From contig CM114271.1 in assembly GCA_050084515.1 (NCBI GenBank), positions 44,640,001 through 44,704,000 on the forward strand: a stretch of 64,000 nt of DNA, given 5' to 3'. Positions 27,469 through 41,712 of the stretch are shown piece after piece; position 1 is the first letter of the stretch, and every line of letters begins with the position of its first letter. Under the pieces are notes generated by a model that saw only the letters and a program-made list of their open reading frames with translations, did not search any database and was not told the origin of the DNA. The position numbers and the translations under genes were made by a program. This DNA is from Blasia pusilla. Its lineage: Eukaryota.

Positions 27469-28620
27469 ATCTATATTATTATGGGAGAGTGCCTTCTTGA
27501 TTTGCAAACACCTCTTTGTTTGACAAGTGGAATTGGGCAACAAGAAAAAGTTTCATATGCTACGGGCAACGAGAAAAAAATTTGAACTCATGTGCAACAT
27601 CATTAATCTCTTCCCTTCATGGGCTATATATTAGCTCTTCAAACACTCTTTTATTTTCCTTGCATTGCACCTTATCTATATTATTATGGGAGACTGCCTT
27701 CTAGATTTGCAAACATCTCTCTGCTTGACACGTGACAATTGGGCATTGATAAAATATTTCACATACTACGCACAGCAAGAAAAAATTTGAATTTATGTGC
27801 AACATCATTAATCTCTTTCCTTCACGATCTATATACTAACTCTTCAAACCCTCTTTTATTTACTGTGCATCGCACAGACACCTTACTAATGTTTGTGAAA
27901 AGCTGGTTACATATTCACACAAATATGTTTTGTTTTCACTAGTAAGGTGTGCGTGCATTCAAATAAAAAAACTGTTTAAGAGCTAATGTATAGTCCGTGA
28001 AGGGAGAGATTTACGATGTTACGTATAAATTCAAATGTTTTTCTTGTTGCTCGTAGCGTGTGAAACATTTTCCTGATGTCCATTTGCCATATGTCAAGCA
28101 TAGAGGTGTTTGCAAATAAAAAAAAGCACTCTCCCATAATAATATAGATTTCCTTTACCAAAGTCTGAAGAAACATAACATATCCGCAGTCGTTTGTGAA
28201 ATACATGAGAATAATATAAATTATCTACATTATTATGGGAGAGTGCCTTATTGATTTGCAAACACCTAATTGTTTGAAAAGTGAATAAAAAGTTTGACAA
28301 ATGACAATTGGACAACAAGAAAAAAATTTGAATTTACGTCAACATCATTAATCTCTTCCCTTCATAAATTATATACTAGCTCTTCAAATATTTTTTTATT
28401 TCCTTTGTTACACCTTATCTATATTATTATTATGGAAAAATACCTTCTTGATTTGCAAACATTTCTATGTTTGACAAGTGACAAATGTTTCCCATGCTTT
28501 GGACAGAAAAAATTTTAAATTTATATGTAACTTCATTAACCTCTTTTCTTCATGCATTATACATTTATTCTTGAAACATTATTTTGTTCGCACTAACACC
28601 CTACTAATCTATATTATAAA
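27469..28620. repeat. Array of ~200-bp Helitron-like units
   Basis: atctatattattatgggagagtgccttcttgatttgcaaaca... recurs at ~27469, 27675, 28223 and 28416, inverted at ~27975-28150, and again inverted at ~47590-47672. TC-start motif typical of plant Helitron 5' ends; CTAG ends at ~27465 and ~28629. Confidence 0.7.
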
Positions 28621-28938
28621 CCTATACTAGTGCCCTTATAAGTATCACGTCTCCTCGTGTTATTTTACCAATTCTTCCTACTTATTCATTATTTCTCTCC
28701 TCGCGAGTTTGGAATAGGTTACTTTGGAATAGGAAGACGGGAAGGGTCGTAGTCGGGGGAACTGGAACAGAATAGCCAAGTAGTAAGTGCAAAGGAGAGT
28801 GGTAAGTGCAAAGGACAGTAGTAATTGAGGAACAGAGTCGAGAATTGCAAAGAGGTGAGAGCGCAGTGGCGGTTGCGAAGACTTGTATCGCCAAGCTGCG
28901 CGGCTTCGGTGCGTCGGACGCGCTTCGCTGGTCGAACG

Positions 28939-30467
28939 ATGGCAGATGAGGACGATTACAACTATGATGGCGCGTAAGTATGGGACGCGTTTTCGCTGTG
29001 TTATGTTTTGGCGTCTTGGAAGCTGTGGCTGGAAGCAACGGTGGTCTGGAATGGACTGTAAATGTTAATTCTCTGTGTGCTTGATTCCGCAGGTATGAGG
29101 AGGAACCCGTCGACGCCGAGATAGAGGTAAGGAAGCACTTGCTTGTGGTCTAGAAATTTTGCTGCTTGCATTTGCACAGCTGTCCGCCTAGGCAATAGAG
29201 TTTTAAGTCCGTGAAGTTGTTCCCTCATTTCAGGGAGAAGAGGTAGAAGAAGAGGAGGAGAACGCTGAGAAAGATGGTTTGGACCCGTTCTCAGCCCCCG
29301 ATGTGGACATTCTCGACGCGGAACCTGAACCGTCAAATGATAAGCCGCGGAAGACAACGAAGTATATGACTAAATATGAGCGAGCCCGAGTGCTGGGCAC
29401 CCGGGCTCTTCAAATTAGGTACTTCAATCTTCGGAGTCCTGTCTTTAAGCATCAATCACATTATAAAGTCCGCGCTTCTTTCTTCGAATTCTCATTTTAG
29501 GTCACACTAGGGTCGACGAAACACTCTCAACATTGATTCATGTGTACGGTGAGGTCACGAATGCATACTGTCTAGGTTGCATATAGAATCAAGCATAAAT
29601 AGAACCTTCCAAGCTTTTGAATCGGTAGTTTTATTTTCAAACGCTGCTCCCCACCTACTATACGAAGCTAGGCGAGTCAGACTGCTGAATTCTGTTATGC
29701 CAGCTTCTAAGGCTCTGCCTGTCTGTTTTGGCAGCATGAACGCACCAGTCATGGTAGAGCTAGAGGGAGAGACTGATCCACTGGAGGTACGCGTCTGAGA
29801 CTAGTTCTATGCCATGTGACCTTTCAGCGAGCATCGTATTAACCTTTAAGTGGAGTTCTAACACGTGGGAACCAAATATGTGGCTTAACCTCGTGGAATT
29901 TGTGCGTGCAGATAGCCATGAAAGAACTTCGTGTGCGGAAAATTCCTTTCACCATTCGACGATACCTTCCGGACGGAAGGTGAGAATGTAAATACCTGCC
30001 AGTCCAATCAGGAATAGGTCGCAGGTGGTCAGAAACTCTTGGGAAATTATTTGTGCAGACAAAAGTGTCGGTTTTAAAGTTTCTCGTTTCCGGTCATGTG
30101 GAGGAATAATGTTGTAAAGTCTGCAGTGTATCTCTCCTTCGGCTCACATTTGAAACCCACCATGGGGAAGTCAGCTCCGCTGCTCAGCATTTAAGTTTCA
30201 CACAAAGGCTTTGAGTCAGGAAAGGGCCTAAGGTTTAGTATCATCCCAGTTTTCCAGCAATATGAGCTGTTAGCACTCGTGCAATTGGTGGTCACAATCG
30301 GGGTCATGACAACGGTGCACACTTTCTCCTTGCAGTTCTCGTGAGAAGAGCTCTGTTGTTTGTATTTATGGTTTTGAATCATAATTTTTCTTGACCCGTG
30401 CAGCTATGAAGATTGGGGTGTCGATGAACTGATAGTGGAAGATTCATGGAGACGACAAGTGGACTAA
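28939..30467 (+). CDS. RPB6: DNA-directed RNA polymerase common subunit RPB6 (NRPB6/RPABC2), 6 exons
   Basis: Exons 28939-28973, 29093-29126, 29234-29418, 29735-29786, 29912-29979 and 30404-30467 with GT-AG introns. They join to [17 protein letters not shown]...[84 protein letters not shown]. Confidence 0.97.
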
Positions 30468-30485
30468 GCAGGGTGGCTGTGCTGA

Positions 30486-30560
30486 TACGAAGATTTGGGT
30501 GTCCGATGAATGGATAATGGAAGACTCATGGAGACGACAAGTGGACAAAGAAGGTTGGCT
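30486..30560 (+). repeat. Degenerate tandem copy of the RPB6 last exon
   Basis: tacgaagatttgggtgtccgatgaatggataatggaagactcatggagacgacaagtggacaaag matches 30405-30468, with a 1-nt insertion and no AG acceptor. Confidence 0.9.
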
Positions 30561-33500
30561 TAGGATCAAAACCCTAATCCAGCCTTAACAAATTGAGAGC
30601 GTCAGTCGGTCTGAACCTCTCTACTACGAGGAATCGGCTTTTTGCAGAAAAGAACTACACCGGACCTTCATGAATGAGATGGCTTCCATCTGTATGTAAA
30701 ACTTAGTTGTACAGAAGATAATGAGAAATGGTAAAGTGAGATCCAGATGTTGCTATTTTCAGAACATCCTAACCCAGAACTCTCATGCGGATTAGTATAG
30801 TATCTTGGAGAGGAGATGGACTGTTTTGTGTAGTTAAAGTTTTAGGAGAAAGGATCTGTTGTTGAACGGAGACAATTGGATGAAATGCAGCAGTATCATG
30901 TTTGAGAGTCTGAGATGGAACTTCTGGGTCGTGAAGTGGCAGGTTTGGTATGCTATCCAGTTTTTCACAAGAATTTGCTGGACTTGAGAGTAATAGACAA
31001 TTTACTCTCCAGATGTCACTCCATCCATGCCTTACAAAGAAAAGACAAGTCCTGAAGGACTTGCACACTCCCCCATGGCTCGGAACAGCATGTATAATGT
31101 CAGAGTGGGTATGCAGGAAGAAGATCCATCTTCCAGCTTTAAGTGCGGTTAGGCATCACCGGAGTAATGGGAAAGGTGTGAGATATTTGGATTCACTTTG
31201 TCCATTCAGAACTACGTGGGGATTTCCCTTTCTCTTCATCCAACAAGACATCCAGTCATCTTCATCATACTTGTTTGTACATGCCTTTACCCTTACCAAA
31301 GCCCAACTTTGCACAATTCAGTCACATGTCCTGTGAGGTTGAGTTGATGAATTTGGAGGGTTGAGTATTATGACCTAAGTATCTTTTGATGTAGAACCTA
31401 CTTTCTTAGAAAGGTCTTTCCCCTAATTCTCAACTTGTCTCCTCCGATTTCTCATCGTAGTCAAAATGTGGTGGTTAATCCCTCAATGTGCTCATCAAAT
31501 ACGTGGTAAGAAGCATATAGAGAAATAAATACTGTTTTCTTCTACAACTAGTATGATAATATCTAATTTGAAATTTCTCCCAATTTTTTCCTCTTGCAAT
31601 TATATGGCGAGTAGTTAGATTCCTAATATAATTTCTTTTAATTGAATATTACGTCAAAAATTTCTCCACCAATTTTCCTACAAATAGGTTTTGTAATAAT
31701 AAATACGTTTACAATATCTCCCAAAGTCTTGACTTTAGAGGATGAGATACTTATGAGAGTAATTTGGTGTTGTGTATTGTCCCTTGTGGCAAGGATTCTG
31801 TGTTGGCAAAGCATTCTTCCGAATCATTCATCAACTCTCTTAAACCATACGTATCAATCTTCATCTATGATACTTGGACTTTCTAACTGCATAGTATTTC
31901 CAATTGTATAGTTCATGCCCAATACTTCTTCATACCATTAGCATTCCTCCACATACTTCTACTATATTTATTTGGCAACCATCCAGAGTGTGCACCTCAT
32001 GCAACTGAAAAAGCGTATTTGCTAATCTATGGTTTCTACCGATTCTTAGTTAGAAGGTTTGAGGTAGAGTTTAGGGTTCATAGGTTTTGGTGATCTATTT
32101 TATTACCATTTTCGAACACATATTCCATTAACTCATGGCACTCCGACGGAAAAAAAATGGTTTTGATACCACGGCTAGTAAGAAAACCTCTTCATGTGCA
32201 ACAAGAATAAAATTCACTTTTTCCTGGGGTGTAAAAGAATTGCAAAGGATTTATAACGCCTCACACAACAAAATAAATTCATCTATGTTAGAGCATCGGC
32301 CATACACCAAGTAGAGATCAAATGTTAGTTGAACATTTACGAGGGAGTAAAAAAGATGCAGTCTCCTTCGGAAGTGAAGAATGATCAAGTGATCACTTCT
32401 CTTCTCTTAGGGGCAAGATGCAGCGTCACATTGCAATTCTCAACCTCGAACTTGGCTCAGATTTTTACAAGGAGCTAAAGGCGATAATCAAGCGCCAATG
32501 GAAGAGAGACAAAAGACCCACAGGGTTGGATCGGAGAGAAAGTGTCTCTCGACCGCGTGCACACGTTTACACTGTCTGGCATATGCAAGTTTAGGCGAAT
32601 CGTTTTACATAGGAAAAAATTCATCTCAACTAATTACTTGCGGTCCTCCACTAGATAAAATTGTGAGGATGTTGAGCCAATTATGCCTTCCAAAAGTTTT
32701 GAGGATGTTGAGCCAATTATGCCTCCAAAAGTTTTGGACGCAGAAAATTCGGAAACCTTCTTCGGTTGTCGCAACTTCACATGGAAACAACCTGCAAGGG
32801 CCGATCGGGACAAGATCGGAGGTTGTGACGACCTATTTTCCACTCCCAAAGCGATTATGTAAGAAAAAATATTATAAGATAATTATTTTCGGGTGTCTGT
32901 TGTGTAAGATATTGGTGGGCAGCCTATGCCACGCAAAGGAATGAAAAGAATAATCATATTGCACACAAAATCATGTAGAAAATAAAAGAAAACATTTTCT
33001 TATTGCCCGACGTGTGCTCTCGGTAATAATGACTTCTGATTCTATGGTTAAAGAACATGCACCTCAACCCTAAAGTTGAGGTGTTCCTTGATTTCTGATC
33101 TCACTTGAGTAAAGTGCAAGGGAGAGAAATTGCCATAAACTTGGCAGAGCGCGCTTGATCGTAGGCGGGTTTTGCAAGGTTTTGACGATTTTATGGGACG
33201 TAAGGATGCAATTTCAGTTGGAGCCTGAATTGAAATGTAGAAGTTCGTGCAAGTTTTTTAGCACTTCTCTGTCGCTTTCATGTGGATTTAGAGTTCGATA
33301 GGAGGGCACAGATTTGTATCCTGGTTTCTATCGATCGTCAAGGGTGCCTCTTTGTAGGATCGCTCAATCACATGCTGCTCGATCCCTTGCTTGATGGGAT
33401 TGATTGCTTGTGCGATTGATTGGGTTCCGATTTCGAGCTCAATTCTTGTCTTTGAAGGCGCATCAGATGGTTCCTAATGTCTACTTTACCTCAGTGCTTT

Positions 33501-36500
33501 CGTCATTAGTCAAGGATTTAAATGAGTTGTCGGAGCTCCAATGTAAGTGACCGTAGTTTCGAGTCCTTGGTGAGCACCTGATTGGAGTGGGTGTAGTATG
33601 GCTGAGTTGAGTAAGCTCTAGTAGAGTTATTGGACTGCACTGGAGAGGAGATTTCTTACACTGAGATCTGAAGGGTTGGCAGGGAAGAGGAAGCGTTTCT
33701 TGGATTTGGAGAGGAGAAGGGGTTTTTGAGCTCTGTCGCATTTGTTTTGCAACTCATGGAGGGTACAGACAACGGATTGAGAGGAATGATAGTACCTCTT
33801 TGTACAGAGGTTACAACGGGCTATGATCGATAAATTCTACAAAACAATGGGTGGAGTTAGAGACGTTAAGGAGATGACAAGTCCATAGATAGGGATGGAA
33901 GCATGATGCAAATCCAACATCCGACGATATTGTTTCTCGAGAGTGTTGTGTGAGCGCCTTGAAGGAAACGTGCACATCAAATCTTCGTCGAGGAGAACCC
34001 GTACCATTTTTTATTGCTGCACAATGGTGTATTTCCAAACGGAATATTGTGAAGCAACTTGAGAAAGACTACCCACATCGATTCTCTTCCAGTCTCGAAT
34101 TTGGGCTTCAACGTCTCTGTTTGCAAGTTGAACAATGTTCTGGGCCAGATAATCCTCGAATGTAGAGTCCCAATCCCGAACCTCTATGATCTGATCTGCA
34201 AGTTCAAAACCTGGCGGTGATGATTGATGCCCTCACCTGTCATCAAAGATCTATGACCCTTCAATCTGCTCCAAATTAAGTCGTGGTAGTGTAGGAGTCT
34301 TCTGCAGAAACTTCATCGTGACTGCCTTCTTCCAAAACTTCGTCGGGACTTGTGGGACATTCTACACAGATATCGTCTTTGTTACTTGATAGACCGAAGC
34401 TATCTGGTCGGAGTCCGCAAGAGTAAGCTTGAGTGAGAAAAGAAATGCTCGGTCGCATGTTCAACCTACTTTTTTCCCTGCACTCCTTCTCTCTCAGCCT
34501 ACGTCGCCTCTGTATCTGTACATGTCTGTACTTCTAAAAGTCATGGTGAATGAGAATGTTCAACATGCTTGAACATGACCAGTTTTGTTTCTTTGCTCGC
34601 TCTCTCTACCTGAATGCAATAAGTTTGGACACACTTACGCAGATTGTGGCTCGCTGATACACTCTCTCTCATGCTTCGAGTAGTCAGCTTTAAAAACTTT
34701 TCATAACAGCCTCATCCTTTCTCCTGGGTTAACGCAGAGTGAGTGATAATAAAAAAGCTGAGAAAGAACATGGACTCCATGCGGGCTTGAAATCATAATT
34801 GAAAGAAAGGAAGTGATACGTTTCAGCACAATCGCCTTACTACCTCCCGTCTCTTAGGGGCGACAACTCAAAACTTTTCTGTGCTCAACCTAAGTGAAGG
34901 CTTTCCCAAATCGAGCCCTTCCCGAGCAAGCAGTTCCCATCGGGAAAGAAGGCCTCTTTATCTAGCTAGCAGATATTCCTGGTGTAGCCTCCGAATTCAA
35001 CTTTTCGAACTTCAGGCCTACGAAGCGCGTGAAGAAGTGAGATATTTCAAAGATGATTCCAAAGTGATCCACTAGGTGTAGACTGAACTGAGTTAGGTGA
35101 AAGTCCTCACGCAACAAATTCGTAGTACTAATAATTGTGTAGAGGTGATAAGTTTGAAAATATGAACACACAAGTACACCTCCTTTGCACATGACGTCTA
35201 TATCCTTAGGTCATGCCCTTCTAGACAAGACCAGATCCAGTCGGACATTCAAAGGGAACATTATTGAAAGAGCGTATTAATGATATATTTGACGAGATCC
35301 AAACTGGTCTATAATCCGATTACCGTTAGGGTGAATGGATTCGGACGACCTTTTGGGTGCATATGGACTGCTCGTCATCCTTCCCTTGACCAGATCTGGC
35401 ACACTCGGGTCGACGAAAATTACTAGAGTAAATCCAATGTAGACAGGCACCAGGTGATATTGCATGGTCATTTCTGGCGAAAACACACTCGGCTATGGTC
35501 AAGCAGTCTTCTTCCAAGCAGGCGTGCTGTAGTGCGCAGTTCACATTGTTTATAAAGTTCACTCGCAGTGGTGTCGTGTGCGTTAGCAAGAGAGAAACGC
35601 CTGCCATGAATGTGCGAAATGGTTCTGTGTGTCAGAAGACGATACAGTTGCAACCAGATTTCTGTGGAAAGGGAATACGAATACAGGAGGATTTTGTTGT
35701 TGGCTACTACGGAAAGACGAGAAAAGTGGCGATGGTGCGCACTCGGGGACGGAGTCAACGAATCAGATCAGATGTGTTTCACAGTGCTTCATGTGGAAGG
35801 GTACCATACTCCCTGACAACACAGTTCATCCGATTTTGCGGGAACAGGAGCGGCGGACAAATTTACGAGCCCTCCGGGCAAGTAGTTGGGAGAATGATGC
35901 ATTCTCCAAACTACTGCTCCGCGGAACTCGAAAATACCGAGAGATCTCCGGGAGGAAATGGAGGTGTGCTCAAAGAAACCTCAGGGATAATGGATTTCTA
36001 TTGCGGCACGGCTCCTCTCCCACAAGCCATCACTGCGAAAAATAAACACTTCCAAAGTCAGATTCTCACAAGCCAGTGGTGAGAAAAAGAAGCCCGTCCC
36101 GAGCAGTGAGTTACGCGCAGCACGTAAGGTGTACGCGCGGTAACTCGTCCCCACATTTGGAGCACGACGAGGCCGCTTTGACGCCTTCCTTGTAAGTTGT
36201 AGCAGTGGAAGCGTCCGAGAGTAGGCCGAACCGCCCCGGATTGGGCTTCGGAAAGTGCTCGGGTAGTGGACCATGCCTCGACTTCCTCTAGGAACTTTTG
36301 TCGTCCAGGTTGAGCACATTCTTCCTGCACACTTGTCAGCTTTCTCGTGCTTTTGGATGACGCTAGCTAGGTCAAGCTCTGAAAAGCACGTCCTTCGTAA
36401 AATAGTGCTTTATCACTTGGCCTAAAGTTCTCACAGCATGTCTGTTTCTGTTTTGAAAGAAAAAAACCTGGTAATCAGATAAAAAAACTAGTAAGACTAC

Positions 36501-38015
36501 CCTGCACATGCCATAGGAGTCAAGGTCAGGCAGGCAAGGGGTGTTGGCCGTGTGGAGTTGTTCCAAGCTTTCATGCCCACTTTATTTACTTGTGGTGCTC
36601 TCAACCATTCCAAAGAGTATTTTGGAATAAATTTGGTGGTGATGAGTAGTGGAGGGAAGAAAGGTCAAGCCCAAAGATACGGAAGTAGCATGAGTTTTGT
36701 GCTCAAAACTCATGCCCATCTACAATCTTTTAGTCGAATTGCGATGAGCGCCAATTGCCTTCATGTCTCGGCGTGTGTGAGTTTGAGTTGTTGGGGTTGG
36801 CGTGATTGGTTTGTGGAAGAACGATTACAACGTAGAGCTAGCTCTACGTTGTAATTGAGTTCTCTCGTCATCCCGCTGTGATGTCAAGCCACTATTTCAC
36901 AATTTTACTGGTTTTAGTGCAATCGCCGGGGAGAGACGGCGTCCTGTCACTCTCTAGAACCTGTCATCTCTAACCTCCGATGCATCTATAGCCGGGCAAT
37001 GGATTCCATCTCAGTCATAAATTCTTCAAATCTTCCATCGTAATGTCAAAGTAGGTTCTTGGTTGAGAGTGCAGTAGTAACACAAGCTCTTTGTCTTCCA
37101 TATCCGACCTAGGATAGCTCCCATGGCGCAATGCATGATTCTCGAGGGCGGTTGTGAGTTCCATTGTTGACTTGATTGACATTAAACAATTCGAGATTCC
37201 AAACTATTTGCAAACCTTTGTGACCTAAAAACTAGATACCATTCAGATATATAACTCTCATGGATCCCATTCGAGTATTTGAGAATAGATAAGAACCGAA
37301 TAGCTTCGGCTTGCTGAGCTAATAATAAGATCTAGATTGTTGAGCTTTGAATCCTACAAAAAATTTGATACATTTAAGTTTGGCCCGGAGAAGTTTTAGT
37401 AAAGCATCTACCCATGGTCCAAAGCAAGTATGTGGTGCCAAAAAAAAAAAAGCAAAATTCGGTTCACATCATGGAGGTGAAACTATATGTGAAGTGTCAC
37501 CTTGGATACTTTGAAAATCGATATAATATCCGTGATGCTCATGCACACTATACCATGTCCAATTGTTGTCAGTTGCTAAGGTAGCTTTGAGTTTACAGCA
37601 ATATGATAACCTTCACACCTTACACCTCCTCTGATTCAATTGTGTATTTACCAGCTAAAGTAGGCATTTGTTATCTTACTTAGGTGTCCAATGTCACCTT
37701 ATGGGAATAAAAAAAATAATAATAATGTTCTTGTGGAAGGTAAGAAACCTCCAATCTTAGAAAGGCAAATGTCTCTCTACCATCCACAACACTCCTTATG
37801 GCTTGAGCCTTCTATTAACAAGGGGACTTCTATGAGAGGGAAGGATAAAAAAATTAGTAATCCCCTTGTCTCCTTAATATAATAGTATTGATAATAATTT
37901 TCAGTTTCTTTCCTATTGCTAAAGTTTTCTTTTTCTTCTAATTGACATGTGTTACTAAAACATTTTTTAATGCCAAAGCGTGTTTACAAATTAACTAACC
38001 ATCCTCTCTCAATAA

Positions 38016-38418
38016 CACTAGTTAGCATGCTTATGCATGAACTTTTTTTTAATAAACCTATTTTCATTTGTAAAATTTACATATAAAAATATTTTTCTTA
38101 AATCTTAAAAGAGTAATAGCATTCCACTCCTCGAGATTATTTCACTCTTGAATTAAAATTTAAATAATATCCCACTCTATTACATAATTTTACCCTTCCA
38201 TAAAATAGTACATATTCCTCCCACTAGAATAACACATATTCATTAAATTATTAGTTAATATTAATTGATGAAATCATTTCCCTCTTCCATTCAAATTCAA
38301 TTTTTCTTCCCAAAATATCAAATTAATTAAAGGAAAAAATACAAACTTGTTACTATTTTGTCTTATTTTCTCACTATTTTGTCTTAATATACATAGGATC
38401 ACCAATTATAATATAGAG
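38016..38418 (-). mobile_element. Non-autonomous Helitron-like element
   Basis: The minus strand begins TCTATATTATAATTGGTGATCC and ends in a short hairpin plus CTAG. It shares sequence with 4030-4780 and 26670-27150. Confidence 0.5.
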
Positions 38419-41214
38419 TGGAAAGAGAAATTGAAAATATTTATGTCTGCATATGCTACTAAGGTTTTTTTTCCAAATCAATAAACCATACTCTCTTAAC
38501 AATATTGGATAGAGAAATTGAAAATCCTTATGTCCACCGATGTTACTAAGGTTGTTGTGCCATTTACGGGCTTGTGATGGGTTGAGAAGTTGCAGTATAG
38601 AAGGAGTGCGATGATTCAAACTATCTTATATAAGTTTTTGAGAAATCTGCATAACCAAACTTGGGTATTTTAATTTGTAATGTTGTTGTGTTATGGAAAA
38701 TCCCTCACAAGACTAATGAAATCAATTTTTTTGTGGAAAGGCCTTTGCAAAGGTGATGGAACGAATTGTAAGGGAAAATAGTCTGTTTGTCTCCCTTGTA
38801 ATTCACAAACATTTTTTATCAAGTCAACTAGGTTTATTCGACCATATACACATTTCATTGTCAACTAGTTAGGACGGATCCTATTAAAATATTCATTCTC
38901 TTTGTCAATTTCTCTTTCTATGACCTCCCACTTAAGATCAAAAATTATTTTTTAGAAAAATCCAATGCCACGTGTTAATAGCTAAATAGAACTACTTAAA
39001 AAACTACTTCCTCCAATTAATACATGATTTTACACTTATAATAATGCGGTCTAGCATGGCACTAACGTGCTATATAAATATGTATGTATTATGAATAAAT
39101 TAGTTAAATAAAAATTTCAATCATAAGTTTTGAAAAAATATTATTATTATTGAAAAATGCTCTTTCAAATCTATATTATTGAAAGAAGATCATACGTGTT
39201 GCTTCCTTGGTGCATACACGTGTAATGTTTAACACATGATTTAGTAGGTTCAGGCATAGCACGGGCAATCTATTTGTAAGTTTCATGTTAGTATTTTACA
39301 TAGCACCAGTGATAGGGCACATCATCGGTTATGCTTAGATTAAACCTTAAGCAGGGCAATATACTTGTGCTTTTCATGTTAATGTTTGACTACTTCAAAA
39401 AAGGAAAAGAGTTTTAAAATTCGTTATCAAAACTAATGCAATCATTCAAAATTATTTTAAAATGATAAATTAATTAGAAGAATTACGTGGCGAACCTGCA
39501 TAATTACCAAAGCGACGAGTAGTGTACCAAAACTGAGACGCAGTCATCTTTTTCTCCTACGAACTTATCTTAAATGAAAAAAATGATACAACATCTCGGA
39601 TCTCCATGTGTGTCACTGCGGTACTGGAGAGGATAAAGGCTGAAGTTCCGTCGCTTGCGGACAGATTGAATGTGCATAAATAAACCTTTGTGTCTACGCA
39701 AAGCGGACGCAGCGATTGTGTCTCCGGAATCCATGGCGAGTCCATTTTTGGGGTCCAGGGCAAAGGGCAAAGGAGCTGGGGCCGAATAGACTCTGCCGAG
39801 GGCACGTTTGACTAACCTGTTCACGACGAATTGACCGTATTTATCGTGGCGGGCGCCGGGCGGGTGCACCGCGCGGCTTTCGGAAGGAGTCGCACGCTCG
39901 GCCGAACTAGGTACAACGATTAGTGTCGAGACTAGGGATGCGAGTCGGTCAGAATGCCAGGGAGGATGGGGGGGAAAGCGTTGTCAGGTTCCTTGACTTG
40001 AAGGAACGGTTGGATGTCAATGTGGATTGGGGCGATAAGCATCGTGAGACTGGAATCACTGGATCCTCGCTCGGCAGGCATCCACTCGACGGTACAGTGA
40101 GTAACTGCATCAGGAATCATGTTCTGCGCAAATGTCCATACATCCGATCTCACCAAAGATGGCGTGCACACATGGTCTATGATTAAGAATCATAAATAGA
40201 TGCAGGGTAGTCAAGCGTCTTCAACTGCGGCGCTTCCAGAATCTAGAGACTGCAGATATTATTTTGGCGCTTTTTGCTGCAGTGCGCTCATTCAGCACAC
40301 CAAACGGAACGCGGTTTCATGACAGGACTACCAATACACAGAGTCATTTATTTCGCTCCCTCCTAAATTACAGCGGTTGGCTCTCAGTTCTCCTCCACAC
40401 AATAACCGTGGCAGAATTGGAAGCAAACGTCCTCTCTTCTCCGCGGTTGATAGATGGTGGCGCGGGAGACCGAGGCAACAAGATTACATGGTAAGGAGTC
40501 GGAGCTATTTCATAGACCGTACCAAAATAATGGCCACCGCTGTTTTAATAGTCTGTACGCTTTTCAAAATTGCGAAATGAAATGGGGAAAAAAACGGGGG
40601 ACTGTGCACAGACCTTCGATTCTTCCCGGTAAAGGGGCTTGAGAGCAGCAACGGGAGGAGCGTGCCGGCCGGCCGCCCGCAAAGTCTGTGTCACAGCGCG
40701 GTAAGCAAGCACATCGTCATGTTCCCACGTTAGGGTCTCTCACTTGCACTTCTTCCTGATGGCCTACCGGAAGTTCGGAACCTGCGTGACGAGTGGGTAG
40801 GTCCTGTGCGTCTACTGTGCACCGCACGCCATGGCAGTGGCGTCAAAAAGTTGGATACAGTAATACAATGACAGGAAATCGCAGAGAGGGAGATTGGCGA
40901 GGAGGAGGTCAATGGGAGAGCATTCATCGCTGAATGATCTTTAATTTACCCTCTCTACTCTGGAGGCCCTTCAGAGCGGTGAAATAGACCAGCGGAGGCT
41001 GAGGTTGTGGAAATCTATTCGCCAATGCTTGCCTGCTTGTTGTACCACCAGAAACCCTGGCCGCGTTGTGTGGGTGAGTGAGCCCATCGTCATATGCGAT
41101 GCGAGCGCTATCATAGAAAAGGTGGTCGCACAGCCGCTTGCCGAAGGTTGGAGGAGAGACTGATACAGGTCGGGATTCAACATCGGAGAGGAGGAGAAGG
41201 AACCGCCTTGACCC

Positions 41215-41712
41215 ATGGCTCAAAACATTTTGAATAAGGAGCAGCTGGCGGAGCTGCAAGATGTTTTCTCGAGATTTGACAGGGACCGCGACGGGAGTTT
41301 ATCGATGATGGAACTGAGCGCACTACTGCGGTCTCTTGATCTGAAGCCGGAGAGTCCTGAGGTGTTGAGCGATATGTTAGCAAAGGCGGACGTAAACAAG
41401 AATGGATTGATAGAGTTTACCGAGTTTGCTGACCTTGTTGCGCCCGAGATAGTCCGAGGCATACGCTACAATCAAGAAGATCTCCTTGCGTTGTTCAGAG
41501 CTTTCGACCGTGATGGAAATGGCTTCATAACAGCTGTAGAACTTGCACAATCGATGTCACGTCTCGGTCACACACTCACCGTGAGGGAGCTGGCAGATAT
41601 GATCAAAGAGGCTGATACTGATGGGGATGGGAGGATTAGTTTTACAGAATTCGCAGAGGCAATCGGCAGTGCAGCCATGGAAAACGCCAACGCCTCTATT
41701 GGAGTCTGCTAA
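41215..41712 (+). CDS. Calmodulin-like protein, CML17/CML18-like, 4 EF hands, intronless, 165 aa
   Basis: EF-hand loops DRDRDGSLSMME, DVNKNGLIEFTE, DRDGNGFITAVE and DTDGDGRISFTE; subfamily-like ELAQSMSRLGHTLT..EL..MIKEAD. Confidence 0.95.
   Translation: MAQNILNKEQLAELQDVFSRFDRDRDGSLSMMELSALLRSLDLKPESPEVLSDMLAKADVNKNGLIEFTEFADLVAPEIVRGIRYNQEDLLALFRAFDRDGNGFITAVELAQSMSRLGHTLTVRELADMIKEADTDGDGRISFTEFAEAIGSAAMENANASIGVC

Noticed and set aside
27469-28620. CRISPR-like spaced repeats
   Set aside because: Units are ~200-bp diverged copies without unique spacers, in a eukaryotic context.
30770-32000. Possible decayed retroelement fragment on the minus strand
   Set aside because: Too degenerate; no diagnostic motif could be read.
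33757-34165. Coding-like stretch on the + strand
   Set aside because: Interrupted by stops and no family recognised.
35495-36082. 195-aa ORF
   Set aside because: No recognisable domain or exon context, and overlapped by similar ORFs in other frames; cannot be supported as a gene.
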